The notes under the pieces were generated by a model that was not told where the DNA came from, did not search any database, and saw only the letters and a list, made by a program, of their open reading frames with translations. 64,000 bases of DNA from a bacterium (GTDB taxonomy: Bacteria; Patescibacteriota; Minisyncoccia; UBA6257; 02-FULL-45-10c), in the NCBI GenBank assembly GCA_030700025.1, contig JAUYKI010000015.1:28623-92622 (forward strand). The letters are read 5' to 3'. The translations under genes were made by a program, and so were the position numbers. Shown here piece after piece: positions 52,321-60,089 of this stretch. How positions within the stretch are numbered: the stretch's first letter is position 1; each line of letters begins with the position of its first letter.

Positions 52321-52494
52321 TTCTTAGTAAGGGTTCAGGTGTGGGAAATAATCTCAGGCTTGTAATCGGCTGTTCCCGCCCCGTCACTAAAAGAGCATTT
52401 TTATTTCTCGCAGGCGGAAGCCGTAGCGAGCAATGCTCTTTTTAGTGCGGGGTCAATGAGAGTGCTAATTCTTTGGTATTCAGGGAATTTTATC

Positions 52495-52710
52495 TTACAA
52501 GCTATCTATATCCGCCTCCAAGCCCTGGAGTTCGGCATCCACATCGCCCAAATCAACGGCGTTCAAATCCTGGTCAATCGCCACAGTCGTGTCTTCTTCG
52601 GAAACAGTTTCCGGAGCAATGGCCGGCTGTTGGTTCCACCACCACAAAGCCACGGCCAATAAAACAACTACGACTACCCAAATCCAAGTTTTAGATTTTT
52701 GTGATTCCAT
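52495..52710 (-). CDS. small single-TM protein with acidic tail
   Basis: WIWVVVVVLLAVALWWW then an acidic helix; follows the 248-aa secreted gene on the same strand. Confidence 0.65.
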   Translation of the reverse strand: MESQKSKTWIWVVVVVLLAVALWWWNQQPAIAPETVSEEDTTVAIDQDLNAVDLGDVDAELQGLEADIDSL

Positions 52711-52848
52711 CCCTCACCCTTGAAAGGCCTAACGCGTTTCCGCGTTTTTGTTTCAAGGTTAATTTAAATTTATAATTTTATCGACATTTTTAAATATAAT
52801 ACATCAATTCTAATCCCAGCCTTTCAAAGGTGAGGGATTTTATCGCGA

Positions 52849-53595
52849 CTATTGCGTTACTGTGGCATCATCGTCGTCCACTTTCGGAACTCCTTTCAAT
52901 AACCGGTTAGCCTCTACCACTGCCTTGTGAGCAGTTTGAACCAATTCCTTCACGGCCTTTAAATCTTTATTTAAAGTATTCCGTACTTCGCTTACTACGG
53001 ACCGCAATTGGTCCTCGGTCGTCACATTAATCGGATAAGTCTTGGCGAGCTGGGCCTGTAAAGCAACGCGCGCCGCGGCAATCGCGGTTTTCGCTTTTTC
53101 TACGGTCGTCCTAACCACCGTAACATCCGCACCGCGGGTAGCGGCCTTATCCGCCCGCGCGCTGACTTTAGTTAAAGCATTTTCAATGCGAGTTACCATA
53201 GCCAGCCAGTGATTGGTCAACTTCTGATTAAGTTCGGTAAAGCGATTATCTAGCCGTTCTACGACTTCTTTTTTCTTGACATCTTTAATTTTCTCTAACC
53301 GGACTTTTAATTCGGCTTGTTCAGCTTTGCGCCGGGTTTCAAATTGATCCTTCGCCGACTCCAGCCGGACTTTAAAATCTTCCCGTAATTTTTCTACTTG
53401 CGCCTTCCGGTCCGCTTCCAACGTCCGCAAGGATTCCTTAAAGTCAGTCACTGCGGCTTTCCGTTCAGTTTGGAAAGTTTCCTGCGCTTCTCGAATCTTC
53501 GTTGGCACGGCTGTTTCCGCGCCGGTCTGCGCGAATGCCGCTGACCCGCTGGCGACTAGAAAAGCTACCATACTATTAATAATAATTTTATTCAT
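52849..53595 (-). CDS. secreted coiled-coil protein
   Basis: Signal peptide (AFA|Q); K/E/R/A-rich helical sequence. Confidence 0.7.
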   Translation of the reverse strand: MNKIIINSMVAFLVASGSAAFAQTGAETAVPTKIREAQETFQTERKAAVTDFKESLRTLEADRKAQVEKLREDFKVRLESAKDQFETRRKAEQAELKVRLEKIKDVKKKEVVERLDNRFTELNQKLTNHWLAMVTRIENALTKVSARADKAATRGADVTVVRTTVEKAKTAIAAARVALQAQLAKTYPINVTTEDQLRSVVSEVRNTLNKDLKAVKELVQTAHKAVVEANRLLKGVPKVDDDDATVTQ

Positions 53596-53609
53596 ACTAA
53601 TTTTAGTTC

Positions 53610-54863
53610 TTAATTAGACGACTTTAATATAAAGTATAACACATCCGATAATTTTTCAGTATCTTTTTTACTCGTTCCCCGGCCGAAAGTAATCCGCAAT
53701 CCGGCGCTGGCCCGCTGGTCCGAATAGCCCAAAGCTTTTAAAACATGCGATGGCTTGCAAATCCGGGCGGCGCAAGCCGCGCCCGGGGAAACCGCGAATC
53801 CTGCCAAATCCAGCTTGATAATTAAATCCTGGGCCGTTTCTTGGCCGGGAAAATATAAATTAACATTATTCGGCAAACGCCTTTCTAAATCCCCGTTTAA
53901 TTCTGCTTTGGGCAAAATAGTTTTAATCCGGTTCAAAAAATATTTTTGTAAATCCCTTAATCGCTTGGCTTCTTTGGCCCGATCCCTATCGGCAATTTCC
54001 ATAGCCTTGGCAAAGCCAATAATGCCGGGAACATTCTCTGTTCCTCCGCGCAATCCCGATTCCTGTCCGCCGCCGGTAATCAGCGGTTGTACCGCTGAAA
54101 AATCCGAAATTCGAATATCGAAATTCGAAATGTTTTGAGTTTTAGATTTTGAATTTTGAATTTGTTTGTGATTTGTGATTTGGAATTTGGAATTTTTCCT
54201 GACATAGAGAAGCCCAACTCCTTTGGGCCCGTAAATTTTTTGAGAAGATAAAGTCATTAAATCTACTCCCAGCCGCTGAACATTGCAATCTAAATAATTA
54301 AATGCCTGGGCCGCGTCAGTATGAAAAAGCGGATATCCGCCGTTAGCCGCCTTGTTTTTCTTGAATTCCGAAATTATTTTGCTGATTTCCAGAATCGGCT
54401 GGATTGTTCCGACTTCATTATTGGCATACATTATGGAAACTAAAATAGTCCGGTCGTCCAAAGCAATTCGGAATTTTTTTAAATCCACAATTCCCTTTTT
54501 ATCTACCGGCAAATAAACCACTTCCACGCCATCCCTCTCCAGCTCTAAACAAGTTTCTAAAATTGATTCGTGTTCCACCGCGGAGATAATAATTTTCGGA
54601 CGGCTGATATTTTTAACCGCGCCCCGCAACGCCAAATTATTCGCCTCGGTCGCTCCGGAAGTAAAAACTATTTCTTTATAATGGCATCCTAAAATCTCCG
54701 CGGCCTTCTGGCGGGCATTAAATACCGCCGCCGACGCTTCCTGGCCAAACCAATGCAAAGCCCCGGGATTGCCGTAGATTTTTCTAAAATACGGCCGCAT
54801 GGCTTTCTCCGCCCGCGGATCCACGGGTGTCGCCGCCGCGTAATCAAAGTAATGTCTGCGCAT
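53610..54863 (-). CDS. cysteine desulfurase (NifS/IscS family)
   Basis: YFDYAAATP, FTSGATEANN, NNEVGTIQP, HTDAAQ, SSQKIYGPKG, GAAC. Confidence 0.9.
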   Translation of the reverse strand: MRRHYFDYAAATPVDPRAEKAMRPYFRKIYGNPGALHWFGQEASAAVFNARQKAAEILGCHYKEIVFTSGATEANNLALRGAVKNISRPKIIISAVEHESILETCLELERDGVEVVYLPVDKKGIVDLKKFRIALDDRTILVSIMYANNEVGTIQPILEISKIISEFKKNKAANGGYPLFHTDAAQAFNYLDCNVQRLGVDLMTLSSQKIYGPKGVGLLYVRKNSKFQITNHKQIQNSKSKTQNISNFDIRISDFSAVQPLITGGGQESGLRGGTENVPGIIGFAKAMEIADRDRAKEAKRLRDLQKYFLNRIKTILPKAELNGDLERRLPNNVNLYFPGQETAQDLIIKLDLAGFAVSPGAACAARICKPSHVLKALGYSDQRASAGLRITFGRGTSKKDTEKLSDVLYFILKSSN

Positions 54864-54867
54864 AATT

Positions 54868-55866
54868 TTATTGTAACTCATTCAATTGTTTTTGGATTTT
54901 ATATCCTTGGCAATGTTTTAACAAGCCCAAATAAGATTGTAAATTTTTGCCATTAATTTTTCTCAATAACCTTCTTTTTGTCTTAGTTCTTAAAATTCTA
55001 TAGTGGGGTCTTGCGATATATCCTAAAAAATCAATTCCTTGGGAAAATTTCCGAATAATTATCTTATTCGGATGTAGGGTTAAATTTAAATTATCCGCTA
55101 AAAACTTGCTTACTTTATCTGTAATTCCTATAAAATTCTCTTTTGTATCGCTTAAAACAACAAAGTCGTCGCAATAACGGAGATAATGTTTAATTTTTAA
55201 TTTATGCTTAATAAATTGGTCCAATTCATTTAAATAGATGTTGGCAAAAAGCTGGCTGGTTACGTTGCCAAGTGGCAATCCTTTGTCCGGATTTTTTTCA
55301 AAACTTTTTATAACTTTTTCAATAAGCCAAATGTCTTTTGGGTCAAAAATTTTCTTTTTGATTAAATTCAATAAAATTTGCTGGTCAATAGAATCAAAAA
55401 ACTTACTGATATCGCACTTTAAAACAAAAACCGGCTTGCAGTAATTCTTGCTCAATTTCCGAAGAAAAATTCCTAACCGTTCTACCGCGATATGCGTCCC
55501 CTTGCCCAGCCGCGATGAATCAGAATCGTAAATAAAACCCTTATCAAAAATCACGTATAAAATCCGAAAAATTGCTTGGTGCAAGACCCGGTCTCGGACG
55601 CTGGCTTTATGAATATGCCGCAATTTCGGGTCTTGAACATAAAAAGCTGTGTATAAATCAGGTTTGTAAATTTTATCCTTTAATTCCTGATGAAGTTGAA
55701 ATAAATTGTCTTCCAGATTAAACTCAAATTGCTGAACGTCCGATTTTTTCCTTTTTCCGCGCCGGAATTCTTTCCACGCTAAAAATAAATTTTCCAGCGA
55801 AATTATCCGTTCAAAAATATTATGACTTTTAATACCCCCCCCCCTCCAAATTTGCCTCTGATTCAT
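54868..55866 (-). CDS. DGR-type reverse transcriptase
   Basis: RDRVLHQA, LKCDISKFFDSID, GLPLGNVTSQLFANIYL, YLRYCDDF, GIDFLGY; no maturase or endonuclease domain. Start is the ATG at 55866 or 55929. Confidence 0.93.
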   Translation of the reverse strand: MNQRQIWRGGGIKSHNIFERIISLENLFLAWKEFRRGKRKKSDVQQFEFNLEDNLFQLHQELKDKIYKPDLYTAFYVQDPKLRHIHKASVRDRVLHQAIFRILYVIFDKGFIYDSDSSRLGKGTHIAVERLGIFLRKLSKNYCKPVFVLKCDISKFFDSIDQQILLNLIKKKIFDPKDIWLIEKVIKSFEKNPDKGLPLGNVTSQLFANIYLNELDQFIKHKLKIKHYLRYCDDFVVLSDTKENFIGITDKVSKFLADNLNLTLHPNKIIIRKFSQGIDFLGYIARPHYRILRTKTKRRLLRKINGKNLQSYLGLLKHCQGYKIQKQLNELQ

Positions 55867-56181
55867 AAGCTTGATGAATTCTATCGCAATATCTATCTGC
55901 TCGGCAAGCAAATTCCGAAACGGGATCATTTTGGAATTTTTTTGAAAATTGAAAATGTTTTACTAGATGTTCTCGAATTGATTATTACTGCTTCCCTAGA
56001 AACTAAAATTAATAAAATTTCGCCGTTGAATTCTGCTCGGATTAAAATAGAAATCCTAAAACGGCTGATTAGATTGATACAGGAATTTAAAATCATTGAA
56101 GCGAATAAATATCTTACGTTAGAAAAAGACCTTCAAGAAATTTCCAAAATGATCAACGGCTGGATTAAATACTTAAAATAA
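55822..56181 (+). CDS. avd: Avd-like (accessory variability determinant) four-helix-bundle protein, antisense to RT and TR
   Basis: 119-aa basic helical protein with IPKRDHF, LKRLIRL and EISKMINGW; located between TR and RT. Confidence 0.85.
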   Translation: MTFNTPPPPNLPLIHKLDEFYRNIYLLGKQIPKRDHFGIFLKIENVLLDVLELIITASLETKINKISPLNSARIKIEILKRLIRLIQEFKIIEANKYLTLEKDLQEISKMINGWIKYLK

Positions 56182-56207
56182 ATAACTCCGATTAAGGAGT
56201 TATTTAT
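56178..56207. other. perfect 12-bp hairpin joining the avd stop and the TR 3' end
   Basis: ataaataactcc-gattaa-ggagttatttat. Confidence 0.85.
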
Positions 56208-56336
56208 AGAAACTTCTGCGCGAGTCCGCAAATTACCATTGGCGTTGTCCGGATTGTACCAGTTGACCTTGAGCTTGCGATTGATCGGATTCCAATTCAC
56301 GTTCGGCACGTTGCCATTAGGATTGCGCGAACCAGC
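56208..56336 (-). repeat. DGR template repeat (TR)
   Basis: 129-bp ungapped match to 56616-56744; rich in AAY codons (reads AGSRNPNGNVPNVNWNPINRKLKVNWYNPDNANGNLRTRAEVS). Confidence 0.96.
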
Positions 56337-56506
56337 TTTTGCTTGTCTCCTGCTATATCACCGATAATCTTATAACAAAATTATCTGAGTTTTCCGGACA
56401 CACCGGATTTATTTTTGTAGCATTCACCAACGGCGAAACCTACACCAAAAACAAGCAAGCAGTTTCTGTTATTTGTGGTAAATCACTATCCGCCGTAGGC
56501 GGACTG

Positions 56507-56536
56507 ATTATATTAACCGTAATTAGAATAAATCAA
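56507..56536 (-). promoter_or_regulatory. candidate sigma70 promoter for the TR/RT transcript
   Basis: Minus strand TTGATT-N18-TATAAT. Confidence 0.45.
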
Positions 56537-56551
56537 TTTTGACCAAAAGAA

Positions 56552-56582
56552 AATCCCCAGTCGCCTTTGGCGACTGGGGATT
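56552..56582 (-). other. GC-rich hairpin 3' of VR (DGR homing hairpin and/or terminator)
   Basis: aatccccagtcgcc-ttt-ggcgactggggatt: perfect 14-bp stem ~27 nt past the target stop, followed by a U-rich run on the minus strand. Confidence 0.85.
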
Positions 56583-56609
56583 AAGGGTTCAAGTCAAAAG
56601 ATTCAAGGG

Positions 56610-57347
56610 TTAAACAGAAACTACTGCGCGAGCCCGCAAATCACCACTGGCGCTGCCCGGACCGTACCAGCCGACCCCGAGCCAGCGACCGATCGGACCC
56701 CAATCCACGCACGGCACGCTGCCATCAGGATAGCGCGAACCAGCGCAAAGTGTCCAATTCTTTTCATCCAGGTGTTTATTAGTTTCCAGGAAATACTTGA
56801 GTTCCAGGAGCAGACGCTCTTCCAGGGCGATGCCATTGATTTGCTCTTTGGCCAAGTCATTGGCTGACTTGTTCTTGAGCTCTTCGTCGGCTTCCTGGCG
56901 GTCTCTGACCCAGATGGCGTAGGTTTCGCCGGTGTTTCGGACCGAAGTGATGGAATTGAGATTGTTCGTGCAGGTCCAAACGCTCATGTGTTTCCTTAGG
57001 ACTTGGACAATCTGATTGAGGGTCAATCCCTTGGCAACGACAATCAACCAATCAATGCCCGGAACACGCTTTGGGGGCTGGATTTTTGAGATATCCAGCT
57101 CAATGCCAAATTCCTGGCGGTAGAGGGTTTGCCAGGCGCGAAGCATTGCTCGCACACTCTGGCCGGGTCGGGTCTGCTTTTCTTTGATGACAGAAGCTGT
57201 TGCTTCCGCGAAATTCGGATTCTCCTTAATTCGCTGAAGCGCCCCGGACACCTGATCCGGATCGCGCTTGCCATCCCGCACCAGCTCCAGCACCGTAGTC
57301 ACCAAATCCAGCAGCCGCGCTTTCTTTCGTTCGGTTCTTGCGAACAT
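56610..57347 (-). CDS. DGR target (variable) protein, probable C-terminal C-type-lectin-like fold
   Basis: The last ~43 codons are the VR. AGGAG precedes the ATG at 57347. No signal peptide or TM. The fold is inferred from DGR precedent. Confidence 0.88.
   Translation of the reverse strand: MFARTERKKARLLDLVTTVLELVRDGKRDPDQVSGALQRIKENPNFAEATASVIKEKQTRPGQSVRAMLRAWQTLYRQEFGIELDISKIQPPKRVPGIDWLIVVAKGLTLNQIVQVLRKHMSVWTCTNNLNSITSVRNTGETYAIWVRDRQEADEELKNKSANDLAKEQINGIALEERLLLELKYFLETNKHLDEKNWTLCAGSRYPDGSVPCVDWGPIGRWLGVGWYGPGSASGDLRARAVVSV
56616..56744 (-). repeat. DGR variable repeat (VR)
   Basis: 24 mismatches to TR, all at TR adenines on the coding strand. Confidence 0.96.
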
Positions 57348-57426
57348 TTTTGTTCTCCTTAGTTCTTTCACATCTGTCCAAATCCGGTTATCGCGGATTG
57401 GTATCTGATTTTGAAAGAACGTTCCT

Positions 57427-57455
57427 ATTATAATTCAATTTTTTATTCTTGTCAA
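57427..57455 (-). promoter_or_regulatory. consensus sigma70 promoter of the DGR target gene
   Basis: Minus strand TTGACA-agaataaaaaattgaat (17 nt)-TATAAT. Confidence 0.85.
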
Positions 57456-57474
57456 GCAATAAATTGGGGGCTTT

Positions 57475-57628
57475 AAAACACAAAATCCTCTTGTTTCTGA
57501 TACCCGCGCAGCCGCTTTGCCCTGGTCCAATCGTTATGGGCGGAGCCACGATTGGCAAAGCGAGCGAGCACAAGAGAGTCCGCGGTGGCGGACGAACGGG
57601 TTGAGGGAATAAGAGGATTTTGTGTTTT
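57475..57628. other. 154-nt structured intergenic element (candidate ncRNA or MITE)
   Basis: 18-bp perfect IR aaaacacaaaatcctctt / aagaggattttgtgtttt enclosing GC-rich nested stems. Confidence 0.55.
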
Positions 57629-57688
57629 TTAAATTATTAAAAACTTTCTTTGACAAAAGTTAATTAAAAGCGTAAATTATAAGACATT

Positions 57689-58186
57689 ATGACCGAGCCA
57701 ATGCTTTTTAACAGCTCCTTCGGCCTGAAGCTGGATCCTTTTCAAATCGTTAAGGCGATTTCTGATTTTATCAACTCCGACCCTAAGCGGGAATATAAAA
57801 TTACCGTGGGCACCGATTCCCAAAAACGGCAGGACAACAAAGCGGATTTCGTTACCGCCATTGTCGTCCATCGGGTTGGCTATGGCGGACGCTATTTCTG
57901 GCGGCACATGGAAATCGCCAAATCTTACACGCTAAGGGACAGAATGTGGCAAGAAGTGCTTACTTCTTTGGACATCAGCAAAGAATTAGTGGTGCTTTTA
58001 AAAAATGCCGGACTGGAAAAATATAATTTTGAAATTCATGTGGATATCGGCGAAAAAGGCGAAACTAAATCTATGATTCAAGAACTGACCGGCATGATCC
58101 GCGCGCACAACTTTGAAGCCCGGACCAAGCCGGACAGCTATGCCGCCTCCAAAGTCGCCGACCGGCATGTTCATATTTATGACTAA
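57689..58186 (+). CDS. RNase H-like YkuK (DUF458) family protein
   Basis: VGTDSQ, FVTAIVVHRVG.GG, EIHVDIG, AASKVADRH. Confidence 0.85.
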   Translation: MTEPMLFNSSFGLKLDPFQIVKAISDFINSDPKREYKITVGTDSQKRQDNKADFVTAIVVHRVGYGGRYFWRHMEIAKSYTLRDRMWQEVLTSLDISKELVVLLKNAGLEKYNFEIHVDIGEKGETKSMIQELTGMIRAHNFEARTKPDSYAASKVADRHVHIYD

Positions 58187-58211
58187 TCGCTAACCACTAA
58201 TTACTAAATCA

Positions 58212-58778
58212 ATGGATAAATTAGTCTTAGACATAGAAACTAAAAATACTTTTGCCGAAGTCGGCGGGCAAGAAAACATCCACAAATTGGAGGTATCTTT
58301 TGTCGGCGTTTATTCTTACAACCAAAACCAATATTTTTCTTTTTTTGAAAATGAATTGGATAAGCTGGGCCCAATGCTCCAAAGCGCCGGCTTAATAATC
58401 GGATTCTGTTCTAACCGCTTTGACCTGCCGGTTTTAAAAAAACATTACAAATTTAATATCATGTCTCTGGAAAGCCTGGATATTTTGGAAGAAATTGAGG
58501 AAAGGCTCGGCCACCGGATCAGCCTAAACGAATTGGCCTACGCCAATTTGAGAACCCAAAAAACCGCCCACGGATTGGAAGCGATTAAATTTTATAAAGA
58601 AGGCCGGCTGGAAGAATTAAAAAAATATTGCCTGAACGACGTAAAAATCACCAAAGACCTTTATGACCTGGGAATGTCCCAGGGTCACTTAGTCGTTCCC
58701 CAAAGAACTACCGGCGAAATGCAAAAAGTGGAATTTGACTGGCATACCCGATTGCCTTCGGCGTCTACCCTATTTTAA
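58212..58778 (+). CDS. RNase H-like DEDD exonuclease domain protein (YprB/RNase_H_2-like)
   Basis: VLDIET, IGF...FDLPVL, YCLNDV. Confidence 0.8.
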   Translation: MDKLVLDIETKNTFAEVGGQENIHKLEVSFVGVYSYNQNQYFSFFENELDKLGPMLQSAGLIIGFCSNRFDLPVLKKHYKFNIMSLESLDILEEIEERLGHRISLNELAYANLRTQKTAHGLEAIKFYKEGRLEELKKYCLNDVKITKDLYDLGMSQGHLVVPQRTTGEMQKVEFDWHTRLPSASTLF

Positions 58779-59739
58779 AACGCTTTATCCGTTTTAGCTC
58801 CTGATTCAGGAGTTTTTTATTTTTCGCTTCTATATTGATTCTTAAAAGCGGTTCGGTATTGGAAGCTCTAATATTAAACCAGTGGTCCGGAAACTCTGCC
58901 GTTAAGCCATCTAACTTAGAAATTTTCGCTTTTTGTTTTTTATAATATTGTTCTACTCTTTCCAAACTTTTAACTTTTAACTTTTCGCTTTTAACTTTAA
59001 GGTTGATTTCCCCGCTCCGGTAATACTTCGGCGATTTGTCCAGATATTCAGAAACTGGAATGTTTAATTTAGAAACAAAATTTATAATATGAATTGCCGC
59101 TAAAATACCCGAGTCCCAGACCGTGTCTGGTCCGCCTCTGGCGGAAAAATCTGGAAATCCAAAATAATAATGGCCGGAATGTTCCAGGCCCAGCGGAATC
59201 TTTTTCTCCCGCATCAGCTTTTTGAAAAAATAATGGCCGACGCGTGAAACGCTAACTTTTGACTTATAACCATTAACTATTAACTTTCTAATAAGTTGAC
59301 CGGAGATAACGCTGACGATATAAGATTTTGGCTTTAGCTCTTGCAGTAATAAATAACCGGTTTCGTCCGGACTGATTACTCTGCCCAAATTGTCTACCAA
59401 AAACATTCTGTCGCCGTCGGCGTCAAAAATCACGCCCAAGTCCGCGTGGTGTTTTAATACGGCTTTTTGTAGTTGGCTAATCGCTCCCGGCGCCAGCGGA
59501 TTCGGCCCATGCCCGGGAAAATGACCGTCGGGTTTATCGTTGATAAAAACAATTGACAATTGACAATTAACAATTAACTTCCGGAAAAGTTCTTTTAGAA
59601 CTTTTCCGGTTGTGCCGTTGGAACAATCAAAAACTATTTTTAACGGCTTGCCCTGAGCCTGCTTGCCCCGCTGTGGCGGTGGTCGAAGGAGTCTTAAAAA
59701 TCGTTTTAAATACTTAACGTATAAACCCGCGTAATCCAT
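58765..59739 (-). CDS. phosphomannomutase/phosphoglucomutase, domains II-IV
   Basis: DCSNG, PDGHFP...PNP, FDADGDR, EHSGHYYF, IRASNTEPLLR. Confidence 0.85.
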   Translation of the reverse strand: MDYAGLYVKYLKRFLRLLRPPPQRGKQAQGKPLKIVFDCSNGTTGKVLKELFRKLIVNCQLSIVFINDKPDGHFPGHGPNPLAPGAISQLQKAVLKHHADLGVIFDADGDRMFLVDNLGRVISPDETGYLLLQELKPKSYIVSVISGQLIRKLIVNGYKSKVSVSRVGHYFFKKLMREKKIPLGLEHSGHYYFGFPDFSARGGPDTVWDSGILAAIHIINFVSKLNIPVSEYLDKSPKYYRSGEINLKVKSEKLKVKSLERVEQYYKKQKAKISKLDGLTAEFPDHWFNIRASNTEPLLRINIEAKNKKLLNQELKRIKRFKIG

Positions 59740-59782
59740 ATGATTATTATACAGAAAATAAAAAACTCCGCGCATTACGGAG

Positions 59783-60019
59783 TTAGGCATAGCCACCGGC
59801 TTCTTCTTGCTGGATAGCGCTTAACACTTCTTCTAATTTCCCTTCCCGGATATGGTCAATCGGACGCTGATTGCCGATAAAAGCGTTGTGGCCGTGAAGC
59901 CAATTCAACGCGGTTTCCGGATTATACATATTTAAAAGCCGTTGGAAAATACTCAAAATTCGCAAAGACCTTAAAATCTCTTCTTCCGAGTCCCAGCTTA
60001 AAACTATCTTTTCTCCCAT
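59783..60019 (-). CDS. Xre/MbcA/ParS antitoxin C-terminal-domain-like protein
   Basis: A..WL...N.F.G..RP.D....G....V pattern; AGGGAGG RBS upstream. Confidence 0.65.
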   Translation of the reverse strand: MGEKIVLSWDSEEEILRSLRILSIFQRLLNMYNPETALNWLHGHNAFIGNQRPIDHIREGKLEEVLSAIQQEEAGGYA

Positions 60020-60089
60020 CTCTGCCTCCCTCGGGCGTCCCGCTTGGCGGGATTAGCTCTACAACTTTCAAGAACAAAATTATTTTAAA

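Noticed and set aside
54868-55929. RT as a group II intron, retron or CRISPR-associated RT
   Set aside because: It is short, has no maturase/endonuclease or Cas1 domain, carries the SQ motif, and has an adjacent adenine-specific TR/VR pair.
56339-56542. 67-aa ORF between TR and VR
   Set aside because: It has a non-ATG start and no motif, and it overlaps the presumed TR leader and promoter on the opposite strand.
54868-57455. Prophage context for the DGR
   Set aside because: No integrase, structural or replication phage genes are nearby; the flanks are housekeeping genes.
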